From assembly GCA_052279835.1 (NCBI GenBank), contig CP181291.1, positions 2,176,001 through 2,240,000 of the forward strand: DNA of 64,000 bases. The letters run 5' to 3'. This stretch comes from Microcoleus sp. GTDB lineage: Bacteria > Cyanobacteriota > Cyanobacteriia > Cyanobacteriales > Microcoleaceae. The translations under genes and the position numbers were made by a program. Numbering within the stretch: position 1 is the first letter of the stretch; each line of letters opens with the position of its first letter. The notes beneath the pieces were generated by a model. It saw nothing but the letters and a program-made list of their open reading frames with translations, did not search any database and was not told where the DNA came from. Shown here in pieces: positions 1 to 12,517 of the stretch.

Positions 1-1285
1 CTGGATCGATATCCGCTGGTGTAAGAGTTTGACATTTAGTTGTTTTTTTTTTACCTACTTCTTCTGCAATATAAACTTTGATTTTTTCACAGGATAGAAA
101 TTCTACTTCCCGATAACCTTCTTTTTTAGCAATTAGCTTCAAATGAGGTTTATCATGGTTCAGCATAATCAAGGTATTCAGTTCTTTAATAATGTAATCG
201 CTATGGGTAGTAATAAAAACCTTAATACCCAGATTTACCAACCGGGCAAATAGCCGTGCGACGCGACGCTGATTTTCAGGATGTAAATTCAATTCTGGTT
301 CATCTACTATCAGTAAATCACCAATTTTAGCCTCATGTTTGAGGTAAAAACCGATGTCTAATAAAGAACGCACGGCACTAGAACTTTCATCCATAGAAAG
401 CTTAAGCCGCTTACCTTTCGGCTCATAATAAAGTTCATCATTACGAGTAACGGTGTATTTACCACCGATGATGTCAGCGAAATCAACGAGTATATCGGGA
501 TGGTTTTCAGCAATGAAACTGCTTTTTTTGACAATGGTTTCCAGTTCCCTCGTAAAGTCAACGTTTGTCTTGATCGGCAGGGCGTAGTCCTGATAAGCCT
601 TAAATAAAAGCTCCATAGGATTGATATTATTGTTGCCTTGACCGATTTCGTCAAGCAAGCGATTGCGGGCAAAATTTAATTCTTTGCGAAAAATGGCGGC
701 ACCTGTTCGCTCTGCACTAGCGATGAAAGGGCGAGGAATAATTGTAGCAAAAATGAGATCTTTTAGTGCATCGGCAATAGTGTGCTTAAGTATTTCGTTG
801 GGAATTTTTACCTTTTCTTTCTCAACTAGGAGGGTGACAACTAATTCTGTACTCTCTTGACTTTTGGTCATTGAGAAGAATTCAACATTTGTAGATCCCA
901 GTGTTGACTGAAACTTGCTTGCCAAGCTAATATTTTTGATGTCTAGGGTTACATGAAACTCTGTGTCTTTAAATCGTTTAGCCGGCGCTGCAAAAATCTG
1001 AGGTAATTGCTTTGTATAGGCCTGACAAGCTTTAGCAACTATTGGTTCAACCTGTTTGATATATTCTTGTATATCTAGATGAATTACCCCGTCAGTAAGG
1101 AGTTGTAGGATTTGATTGTCGTTGATTTCGATCGCCAACATCCGCCGCCAAGTAAACAAAAAGCCAAACAGTGCATAGGTAGCATAGGTTTTCCCGGTAT
1201 TGTTGCCACCACAAATAATTGTCAACTCACCCAGAGTGAACTCCGCTTGCTTGAGAGCACCAAGATTTTTGACTTTAATTTTCAT
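1..1285 (-). CDS. AAA/ABC-type ATPase (AAA_15/AAA_21-like), 3' end runs off the window
   Basis: Manual translation from ATG at 1285: MKIKVKNLGALKQAEFTLGELTIICGGNNTGKT (Walker A) ... DEPELNLHPENQR ... ITTHSDY (Walker B and H-loop). No stop seen before the edge, so it is missing from the ORF track. Confidence 0.85.
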   Translation of the reverse strand, partial: MKIKVKNLGALKQAEFTLGELTIICGGNNTGKTYATYALFGFLFTWRRMLAIEINDNQILQLLTDGVIHLDIQEYIKQVEPIVAKACQAYTKQLPQIFAAPAKRFKDTEFHVTLDIKNISLASKFQSTLGSTNVEFFSMTKSQESTELVVTLLVEKEKVKIPNEILKHTIADALKDLIFATIIPRPFIASAERTGAAIFRKELNFARNRLLDEIGQGNNNINPMELLFKAYQDYALPIKTNVDFTRELETIVKKSSFIAENHPDILVDFADIIGGKYTVTRNDELYYEPKGKRLKLSMDESSSAVRSLLDIGFYLKHEAKIGDLLIVDEPELNLHPENQRRVARLFARLVNLGIKVFITTHSDYIIKELNTLIMLNHDKPHLKLIAKKEGYREVEFLSCEKIKVYIAEEVGKKKTTKCQTLTPADIDP

Positions 1286-1346
1286 TGGTGTCTTCCTTAG
1301 ATTTGCAATGTACCTCAGTTTAGTCTTTATGCAGCCATAAATCTAA

Positions 1347-1958
1347 CTATTCTGCACGCTTATAATTCATCACCAAATCCAACCGTGATAAAGAACTTGT
1401 CGCTGATTCCCGCACATAGGAATCCACGGCTTCATCATTGGCAAATGTGGTGAGAACTTCTACACAACGTCGATCGCCCACCGCAGCCAGCGCATTCACG
1501 ATCGCCACCTGTACCGCCACATTATCCGTTGTTTTCAGCGATTCTACCAAAATTTCAAACGCAGAGGAACCCATCTGCCCCAAGGCCATCACGGCTGCAA
1601 TATGCACCACAGGATTAGCGTCATTAATCGCCGCTTTCAATCCCTGCAAGCCTACTTCCGGGAAAGGCAACTCTGGATAGTTAATCGCAATTTGTGCTAA
1701 TGCTTTCGCTGCACTCCCTCGCACAGTCACATTTTCGCTATTTAATAATGCTTCAACTACCGATGGTACCGCATCCTCGCCGATCGCACCCAACACCTTC
1801 ACCGCCGCCCGACGATAGACGACATCTTCATCATCTAAAATGCCCACCAGTCGAGGAATTGTATTTTCATCGCGGGAATCGGCTATTTCATACATTGCCC
1901 GATCGCGCATATGAGGATTTGGGTGTTTTAGTTTTTCAAACAAAGCATCGGTTGTCAT
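1347..1958 (-). CDS. cpeZ: Phycoerythrin lyase-associated HEAT-repeat protein CpeZ
   Basis: HEAT-like repeats, directly downstream of cpeY. True start MTTDALF at 1958; the longer ORF start only reads through repeat DNA. Confidence 0.85.
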   Translation of the reverse strand: MTTDALFEKLKHPNPHMRDRAMYEIADSRDENTIPRLVGILDDEDVVYRRAAVKVLGAIGEDAVPSVVEALLNSENVTVRGSAAKALAQIAINYPELPFPEVGLQGLKAAINDANPVVHIAAVMALGQMGSSAFEILVESLKTTDNVAVQVAIVNALAAVGDRRCVEVLTTFANDEAVDSYVRESATSSLSRLDLVMNYKRAE

Positions 1959-1965
1959 AATTTTT

Positions 1966-2126
1966 GAAGAAGGAAGAAGGAAGAAGGAAGAAGTCACCCC
2001 CCCCTGCCCCCCCCAAGGGGGGAAAAGAAGGAAGAAGGAAGAAGGAAGAATAACCCCCCCTGCCCCCCCCCAAGGGGGGAAAAGAAGGAAGAAGGAATCA
2101 AGACTGTCAACTGTCAACTGTCAACT
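1966..2126. repeat. Two copies of the GAAGAAGGAA / CCCCCCCTGCCCCCCCAAGGGGGG dispersed palindromic repeat plus GTCAACT heptamers
   Basis: Same family recurs at about 3411-3510, 15675-15810, 22225-22375, 27825-27850, 29060-29115 and 45710-45755. Confidence 0.85.
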
Positions 2127-3397
2127 ATTGAAGTATAAGCATCTATTTTAGCTTGCACCAACCAATCTTGATCAGTCGCAGCGATCGCATAACCGCTGAC
2201 ATCACCAAGTTTTTCTAGTGCCATTAATGCAGCATACTTCAAATCCCAGATTTTAGTTTCCAGACAATCTTTCAATTCTGGAATCGCACGTTTTTCTCCG
2301 AGTTCCCCCAGGGCGATCGCCGCCGCCGCACGGGATTTCTGAAACTGAGGTTGAGAGTGATGCAAAGCTTCCAATAACAAATCGTAAGCTGGATTATGTT
2401 TTAACCAACCAAACAATTTTACCACATGAAAATGCGCTCCATAGTCATTATTTGCTTCTTCCGCAAAGGTGGCAAACAGGGCGGATGGTGCATCATCAGA
2501 GTAATGTTCGAGAATTGTCTTAGCTGCTAAATAGCAACGTCCAAAATCTGTTTCATATAATTGGCGAATCAGAAATGATAAATCTGGTAATTTTTCATAA
2601 CTATGCACTAAATCTAAATCTGCTGGATAATCTCTTAAGGTTTGTTCCAAATAAGGCTGAATGGTGGCAAAGGTCAGGGATTTGTCAGCAATTCCTGCTG
2701 ATGCTAACATCCTAATTCCTCTCAGCCGAAAGACTAAAGATACGGGACATCTGGCAATATTGGGGATGGCATCGTAGTAACGCGCATCAATCAAATCTTG
2801 GATGGATAATCTGCGCCCTAGGACATTTTTGTGTTGCAACATGGCAACAACTTTTTCCATTTGAGAAAAGTCTCTGGTTAAGCGACAAATGGCGGCGATC
2901 GCAGCACTAGCAGTTGGCGGATCGATATCATCGACAAATCGGCGAATTCTGGCTACTGCTGGCTGATAATCTAGTTTAGTTAGGGTGTGGATAATTACCC
3001 GATAGGTTTGTCCCGGTTTATCGAGCAATTGAGCCACTTCTTCTAAAATTTCGGCATCTTGAGTGCCAATTTCGCCGATCGCCCAAACTGCATTTTCCAC
3101 AGTGTAACAGTCATTATCGGCCAGACAGGTGCGAATCACCGGCAATGCTTGCGCAGCTTGCAGCCTTCCCAAAGTTTCTACCGATTTGCGGCGCACAATT
3201 CGGTTTTCCAATGCCGGATCTGTTTGCTGTATAGCTCGCATCAGTGCTGCGATCGATCGATCTGTCGAGAAATTGATCAAGTGGGAAGCAGCGATGTAGC
3301 GGGAATCTTCTTCGCCAATTTCAGCTTGGGGCGTATCTAAAAGGGCGATCGCCTGGTCTTCTGTTAAATTAAAGAAACTAAAAAAGCGTTTATCCAT
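2114..3397 (-). CDS. cpeY: Phycoerythrobilin lyase CpeY (HEAT repeats)
   Basis: MDKRFFSFFNLTEDQAIALL start, E/F-type lyase HEAT repeats, downstream of cpeBA. Confidence 0.9.
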   Translation of the reverse strand: MDKRFFSFFNLTEDQAIALLDTPQAEIGEEDSRYIAASHLINFSTDRSIAALMRAIQQTDPALENRIVRRKSVETLGRLQAAQALPVIRTCLADNDCYTVENAVWAIGEIGTQDAEILEEVAQLLDKPGQTYRVIIHTLTKLDYQPAVARIRRFVDDIDPPTASAAIAAICRLTRDFSQMEKVVAMLQHKNVLGRRLSIQDLIDARYYDAIPNIARCPVSLVFRLRGIRMLASAGIADKSLTFATIQPYLEQTLRDYPADLDLVHSYEKLPDLSFLIRQLYETDFGRCYLAAKTILEHYSDDAPSALFATFAEEANNDYGAHFHVVKLFGWLKHNPAYDLLLEALHHSQPQFQKSRAAAAIALGELGEKRAIPELKDCLETKIWDLKYAALMALEKLGDVSGYAIAATDQDWLVQAKIDAYTSIVDS

Positions 3398-3410
3398 AAA
3401 ATTATATTAG

Positions 3411-3512
3411 AAGGAAGAAGAACCCCCCCCCTGCCCCCCCCTTGGGGGGAAAAGAAGGAAGAAGGAAGAAGAACCCCCCCTGCCCCCCCTTGGGGGGAAA
3501 AGAAGGAAGAAA
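3411..3512. repeat. Tandem pair of dispersed palindromic repeat
   Basis: GAAGAAGAACCCCCCCCTGCCCCCCCTTGGGGGGAAAAGAAG twice. Confidence 0.85.
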
Positions 3513-3658
3513 TTAGGATATGCCTATTAAAACACAATAACAAGCCTAGGAATTCTTGACTCTTACCTTACCAAAATTGGTAATGCAACGAACCCAGATT
3601 TCCCAGACTTGTCGGGGTATAAACTACCCAGTCACGACATTACAAACCTGCTAATTAA

Positions 3659-4156
<498 letters not shown>

Positions 4157-4229
4157 CTAAATCTCCTAAAGTGATTTTGACAGTGAGCGTAGTTTCTATT
4201 TTGCTGAGCGAATTGCGATTAGCAATGGA

Positions 4230-4799
<570 letters not shown>

Positions 4800-4903
4800 T
4801 TAGACGAAAATTTATTTCTTATCTTAGTTGGTCAACTTGGTGACGAACTTGATGGTTTTGAATATATCCCTGGGATGATACCTCTGTCTCATTCCTGAGA
4901 AAC

Positions 4904-4924
4904 AAAGTAACAATTTGTTACTTT
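4904..4924. promoter_or_regulatory. Perfect inverted repeat in the cpeB / GNAT divergent intergenic region, possible regulator site
   Basis: AAAGTAACAA-T-TTGTTACTTT. Confidence 0.4.
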
Positions 4925-5025
4925 TGTCGCCAAAACTACATTTTTTCGTTTAACTGATGTAGTTTCTGGTGGCATCCGTATTGTTCAAACAGTCAACCGT
5001 CAACCGTCAACCGTCAACTATATAT

Positions 5026-5995
5026 ATGTTAAATGTGTCGATCAGACCCTACGTGGCTGAAAGTGACCTACAGGCCATCGCCCATTTGATCGATACTTGC
5101 GAACAAGTCGATCGCCTCGAAGAAGGTACTTCCATTTCCGAATTGCAACAAAAATTTAATCAACCATCCATTGACAAAAATCGCGATATCTGCATTTGGG
5201 AAGACAGTCAGGGCAAACTCATCGGTTTTGCTCAGTTGTCAATTTCTGGATCTGGGGAGATGATTGACGGTTGGCTGTGGTTTTGCGTTCACCCGATCGC
5301 GCGATCAGGCAATATTCAAACCCTAGCAGTGGCTTGGGGAGAAAAGCGGATGCGGGAAGTGCAAACAGAACGAGGTGTACCAGTGAAACTGCGATCGTGG
5401 GTGCGCGCGGAAAATACCGATCGCATTTCTCTGCTAGCAAATTGCGGTTTCAAGGCCGATCGCCATTTTTGTCGTATGGCGCGATCGATCTCTCAACCAA
5501 TCCCAGAACCAAAAATCCCCAAAGGCTTCACCCTCAGTCAGTTTCGGGGCGCACAGGATGCGATCGCTTGGGTAGAAATGTTCAACCAATCATTTATCGA
5601 CCACTGGAACCACCACGATTTAACAGTAGAACAATTCCAATACGATTTAGCAAAACCCAGTTACAGAAAGGATTTAGACTTAATTGCAGTGGCCCTTGAC
5701 GGCACTTTCGCAGCCTTTTGTCACTGTGAAATCAGTATCGAAGAGTGCGATCGAACCGGTCGCAATGAAGGCTGGATCATGTCTCTGGGTACAAGACGTG
5801 GCTTCCGTAACATCGGATTAGGACGAGCAATGTTGCTGGCTGGCTTGCACCGGCTAAAAGCTGTCGGTATCGAAACAGCCATTATCGGAGTCGATGCCGA
5901 TAATCAGTCCCGGTGCCCTGGGACTGTACGAATCTGTAGGCTTCCACAATATTCGCAATACCATAGCCTATGTCAAAGAACTTCGATCGATATAA
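5026..5995 (+). CDS. Tandem GNAT acetyltransferase with a +1 frameshift near the 3' end
   Basis: Paralog of 34388-35347. Removing one C at 5909-5911 restores DADNQSGALGLYESVGF...KELRSI*. Confidence 0.85.
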
Positions 5996-6121
5996 GTCCT
6001 GTGGAAGTCTACAAACCGGGTTCGAGCGACGAAAATACTTCGCTACAGCCACAGATTAGGTGAAAAACCCAGTTTCTTTCGTCGAGTCCCCAATCCTGAC
6101 AAAAAAACTTTTCCGAACCCC

Positions 6122-6150
6122 TTGACACCTTTGTAGTACGTATGTAGTAT
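6122..6150 (+). promoter_or_regulatory. Sigma70-type promoter overlapped by two TGTAGTA direct repeats
   Basis: TTGACA (6122-6127), 17 bp spacer, TAGTAT (6145-6150); TGTAGTA at 6132-6138 and 6143-6149. Confidence 0.8.
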
Positions 6151-6157
6151 ATAAATA

Positions 6158-6215
6158 TGGAAAGGGCAGGAAAAGCAAAAACCTGTATTTTCCGTAAAAT
6201 TCTGAACCTTGAAAA
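6158..6215 (+). promoter_or_regulatory. rrn-type antitermination leader (boxB-like hairpin plus boxA)
   Basis: Hairpin TGGAAA..GCAGG/CCTGT..TTTCCG followed by GAACCTTGAAAA at 6204-6215, matching cyanobacterial rrn boxA. Confidence 0.65.
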
Positions 6216-6281
6216 CTAAATAACTAAGCGAAATTTCAAGGAACATCCAATTGAAAGTCTTATAACAGAGACTAGATTGTC

Positions 6282-6804
<523 letters not shown>

Positions 6805-6934
6805 AAAATCAGCTATCTGAGTTGGCTACCCCCTTGATGGTTCGGCGGTTAAAACCGCAACTATACAAACGAAGTCTGCCTCCGCAGACTAAGAAATAAA
6901 GGGGGTATTTAACCAGGATTTCGGATCGGGTATT

Positions 6935-7070
6935 AGGCGGCGCACCCCAACTAAAGAAGCTTACAAACTGGTAACGTTCGACTAAACATCGTACAGTAGG
7001 TTCGATTCCTACCCTCTGGGCCTCTTGGAGAGGGGTTTTAAAAATAGCTTCTCTGACTTGTGCGCCTCCT
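6935..7070 (+). ncRNA. Y-RNA-like tRNA-mimic RNA, unit 1 (degenerate module)
   Basis: Closing stem GGCGCAC/GTGCGCC; inner stem AGAAGCT/AGCTTCT; T-arm GTAGG-TTCGATT-CCTAC (6996-7012) followed by a CCTCT/AGAGG hairpin. Confidence 0.75.
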
Positions 7071-7100
7071 CTTATACCTGAATTTTTTAGATTTAAACAA

Positions 7101-7255
7101 CAGCTACACCGCACCCCAACAGTTGAAGCTTACACACTTTTTGGTTTTCTCAACCAGAGGTAATAGGTTCGACTCCTATCATCCCCATCTTGGGGATGTA
7201 GCTCAACGGATAGAGCACATAGTTAAAAGCTTTGATGACTTGTGCGGGGTATCTG
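7101..7255 (+). ncRNA. Y-RNA-like (YrlA-type) RNA, unit 2, circularly permuted tRNA module
   Basis: Closing stem CCGCAC/GTGCGG; T-arm 7163-7179, closed acceptor stem CATCCCCA-TCT-TGGGGATG, then D-arm TAGCTCAACGGATAGAGC. Confidence 0.85.
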
Positions 7256-7272
7256 TCAGGTAGTGAAAGAAA

Positions 7273-7395
7273 CACTTCGTGCCCTAAAAAAGGAAGCTTA
7301 CATACTAGCTCTTGGTAGAGCATTTCTCTTGAAAGAAAAGGTTGCGGGTTCAACTCCTGCGTATGAACAACGGCTTTCTTGACTTGCACGAAGTG
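7273..7395 (+). ncRNA. Y-RNA-like RNA, unit 3, tRNA module in canonical D-anticodon-T order
   Basis: Closing stem CACTTCGTGC/GCACGAAGTG; 5-bp acceptor-like CATAC/GTATG; D-arm GCTC-TTGGTA-GAGC; TTTCT-CTTGAA-AGAAA; T-arm GCGGG-TTCAACT-CCTGC. Confidence 0.85.
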
Positions 7396-7464
7396 AATTT
7401 CACTGCTATCAAAAGCGACAAAAAAACCATGATTTAGTAAATAGTTTCGATGTTTGATAATCCT

Positions 7465-8329
<865 letters not shown>

Positions 8330-8353
8330 AGTCTTTAGTACACACGAAATTTT

Positions 8354-8479
8354 CACTTCGCGCCCCGATCGGGAAAGTTTACATACTAGCCAAACGGTAA
8401 GGCGCTTGACTTAAGATCGAGTATATACAGGTTCAAATCCTGTGTGTGAATCAACGACTTTTTCAACTTGCGCGAAGTG
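8354..8479 (+). ncRNA. Y-RNA-like RNA, unit 5, canonical-order tRNA module with TAA anticodon loop
   Basis: Closing stem CACTTCGCGC/GCGCGAAGTG; CATAC/GTGTG; D-arm GCC-AAACGGTAA-GGC; CTTGA-CTTAAGA-TCGAG; T-arm ACAGG-TTCAAAT-CCTGT; followed by T8. Confidence 0.85.
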
Positions 8480-8531
8480 CTTTTTTTTATAACTTTTAGA
8501 ACCGAAAGTGGTGACAAAGGAGAATTAAATT

Positions 8532-9038
8532 ATGAAAACTACAACTATAATTTACCGATCGCCCTGGGAGATAGACAGCCTGATTCATGCTTTCCAAGAA
8601 TGCAGTCTACCTCGCCACCAATGGAATCATGCGGCACATTTAACCGTCGGGCTGTGGTATCTGTTTTACGACTCCGAGCCTGAAGCGATCGATGCAGTGC
8701 GGAATGGGATTAAACGTTATAACTCGGCTCAGGGAATTGAGACTACAAGAAATAGTGGATATCACGAAACTCTAACGCTGTTTTGGCTGGGAATCATCCG
8801 CCGATACCTCGCTCAGGAAAGCCTCCATCGATCGATGGTAAGTCTGGCTAACCGTGCGATCGCCAAATATGCCGATTCCCTACGGGATAGCTCCGCTTCA
8901 CGCACTTTACCATTTCGCTACTACACGCGCGATCGCCTGATGTCTTGGGAAGCTCGCAATAATTGGGTTGAACCTGATTTAAAATCACTCGACTCCGAAA
9001 CAGTCCGCCAGGGATTAAAATCCCTGGCTAATAGCTAA
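8532..9038 (+). CDS. Conserved hypothetical protein (WNHAAHL ... YHETLT motifs)
   Basis: AAGGAG RBS, 168 aa; last codons are supplied by the adjacent inverted-repeat element. Confidence 0.8.
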   Translation: MKTTTIIYRSPWEIDSLIHAFQECSLPRHQWNHAAHLTVGLWYLFYDSEPEAIDAVRNGIKRYNSAQGIETTRNSGYHETLTLFWLGIIRRYLAQESLHRSMVSLANRAIAKYADSLRDSSASRTLPFRYYTRDRLMSWEARNNWVEPDLKSLDSETVRQGLKSLANS

Positions 9039-9224
9039 AGTCCTCTGAAGAGGACTCAAGATTTTTTTTTGATTTTTAATTGATAGCTAAAGTCTTCTGA
9101 AGAGGACTAAAGATATTTGTTTGTGTTGGTTTTTAATCACAGCAAATACATTTTCAAAAAGGCATTTCAGTCCTCTTAAGAGGACTTAAGCTTTGAGCCA
9201 GGGATTTCAATCCCTGGCGGACTG
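9001..9224. mobile_element. MITE/REP-like element with terminal inverted repeats
   Basis: CAGTCCGCCAGGGA (9001-9014) is the exact reverse complement of 9211-9224; three internal AGTCYTCTNAAGAGGACT palindromes. Confidence 0.8.
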
Positions 9225-9247
9225 AGACGATAGGTAAAAAATATTAG

Positions 9248-10696
<1,449 letters not shown>

Positions 10697-10702
10697 TATA
10701 AT

Positions 10703-10740
10703 CGGGCATGGCTCGTCAGTTAAGCTGGCGGGCTATGCTC
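10703..10740 (+). terminator. Stem-loop after the Ro-like gene
   Basis: GGGCATGGCTCGTCAG-TTAAG-CTGGCGGGCTATGCTC; weak U-tract. Confidence 0.5.
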
Positions 10741-10759
10741 AGTTTATGGGATAGCTACT

Positions 10760-11950
10760 GTGCCATACCTCAAAGCAAAACATCTATCAAGCCAAGGTAA
10801 AAGGTTTAATGAGAGGGTAAAAACTGCTAATCGCAAGTTAATTTATATTGGCGGTGAAATCAGGTTTCAATCCGAGATGGATTTGGAAGATTATATAGAT
10901 GAGAATTTCGATGAAATATTTCCATCGTTAATTAAAATCAAAAGGCAGCATACTGTAAAAATGCAGCGATGCGATTTATTATGCTGTACAAAGTCAGAAA
11001 ATCAACCGATAATTATTGAGTTAAAAAATGAAGAAGATAGAGGATTAGTTTCGCAGCTAACTCGGTATCGTAAAGCTATTCTCAGCAATAAGTGTTTTAA
11101 TGATAAGATTGACTATTCATTCCCAGTTAAAATGATAGCGATAGCACCTAGTTTTCACGCTGATAATTACACAGACAAAGAAGCTTCAAAATTTGAAGAA
11201 GATTTTTGTTTTTGGGAATTTGCTGTACAAAATCACCATAATTCAGGTCAATTTAAACTATTAAGTCAAATTTATGAAATTTCTTACCCTGTATTTGGGT
11301 TGCCAGAAATTTCTCCTAATTTAGATCGTAGCAGTTTACCTGCTTTTACTCACAATTTTGTAGGTAGGCTCCCACCAGACTATCATACAGATTTTCTGAA
11401 GTTGCGAACTTTGCTTTTGTCTCAGCCAAAAGTAAAAGAAATGGTTAGTACCACTTACAGAAAAATATTGTATGGAACTGGCGATGGAGTTAACCACACA
11501 AAACTGGCAGAAATAACTAACACTACTAAGGGAGTCGTGTTATTTCTTTGGTTGCCAACTAGCGTTCATAAAAATATCAAAACACCCGTAGCTCGATTTG
11601 GATTTGTTTTAGAAAAAGGAGGCAACCCCTTTGCTCACAACTCTTCCTTAGAATGGGTTGTTTGTACCAAAGATACTATCAACTTAAAAGAGCAACCTCA
11701 ACCTAATACATTTTCAGGAATGACTAGGCATGGAATGTTAAAATGGTGTAAACCTAATATGTACTTGACGCAAGCTGCACTAGGTTATAATAATACTTTT
11801 TGGTTACTTATCAATCTTCTTAAAGGAATTACTCCACCTATTGATAGCACTACTAGGGAATGGTGGGAAATTTACCAAAAGGAGACAGACTTTAATTTAG
11901 GATGGTTTATAGATTTAGCTATCCAAACCTGGAATTATCGCGTCAAGTAG
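10760..11950 (+). CDS. PD-(D/E)xK endonuclease (NucS/DUF91-like N-terminal domain)
   Basis: FQSEMDLEDYI...RCDLL...IIIELKNEEDRGLVSQLTRY; AT-rich. Exact start uncertain. Confidence 0.7.
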   Translation: MPYLKAKHLSSQGKRFNERVKTANRKLIYIGGEIRFQSEMDLEDYIDENFDEIFPSLIKIKRQHTVKMQRCDLLCCTKSENQPIIIELKNEEDRGLVSQLTRYRKAILSNKCFNDKIDYSFPVKMIAIAPSFHADNYTDKEASKFEEDFCFWEFAVQNHHNSGQFKLLSQIYEISYPVFGLPEISPNLDRSSLPAFTHNFVGRLPPDYHTDFLKLRTLLLSQPKVKEMVSTTYRKILYGTGDGVNHTKLAEITNTTKGVVLFLWLPTSVHKNIKTPVARFGFVLEKGGNPFAHNSSLEWVVCTKDTINLKEQPQPNTFSGMTRHGMLKWCKPNMYLTQAALGYNNTFWLLINLLKGITPPIDSTTREWWEIYQKETDFNLGWFIDLAIQTWNYRVK

Positions 11951-11986
11951 AACTTTTATATACGGAGACATTCAGCAGCAAACGCC

Positions 11987-12097
11987 AAGTACGAGTTTTC
12001 GGGCGCGTGGTCGCGTCGCTTGAATAAAGAACATCGTATTGTTTATTTAGTGAGTGATGACCGTATTGATTTTCTGAAAGCGCGCTATCACTATTAG
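11987..12097 (+). pseudogene. yoeB: 3' remnant of a Txe/YoeB toxin gene
   Basis: Translates [37 protein letters not shown]-terminal half absent. Confidence 0.85.
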
Positions 12098-12144
12098 TAA
12101 AGTGATAAAAGTTGAGTCATTAAGTTAGTCGGAGTTATAATTTT

Positions 12145-12462
12145 ATGTTAAGTGAGATTACCTACACTGAAGCAGAAGCAAATTTTAAAAATCTCTGCGA
12201 TCACGCTGTTGAAACTGGCGAAGTAATAATTATTACTAGACCTAACGGTAAAAATGCGGTTTTGATTTCTGAGGCAGAATTAGAAAGTTTGCTAGAAACC
12301 CTTTATTTGCTGAGGTCGCCTGCCAATGCAACTCGTTTGTTGACAGCACTGAAGCGAGCTAAAGCAAGAGTCATTCAACCTCAGACGCTCGATGAAATTT
12401 GCAAAAACTTTGGGATTAATGAAGAGGATGATACTGAAAATGAGGTAGCGATCGCCAGTTAA
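12145..12462 (+). CDS. yefM: Phd/YefM antitoxin
   Basis: ITYTEAEANFKNLCD...VIIITR...LLETLYLLRSPANATRL. Confidence 0.9.
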   Translation: MLSEITYTEAEANFKNLCDHAVETGEVIIITRPNGKNAVLISEAELESLLETLYLLRSPANATRLLTALKRAKARVIQPQTLDEICKNFGINEEDDTENEVAIAS

Positions 12463-12517
12463 ATCCTTGATGACAAAATCACAATCTTCTACTATACTCT
12501 AAACTTGGGAGGAGCCG

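Noticed and set aside
1959..2117. N-terminal extension of CpeZ (also the extensions of ThiF 15743-15838, glutaminase 30435-30548 and SGNH 27484-27711)
   Set aside because: These extensions translate intergenic repeats; internal starts match the family N-termini.
4907..4921. NtcA box
   Set aside because: Spacing is GTA-N9-TAC, not N8.
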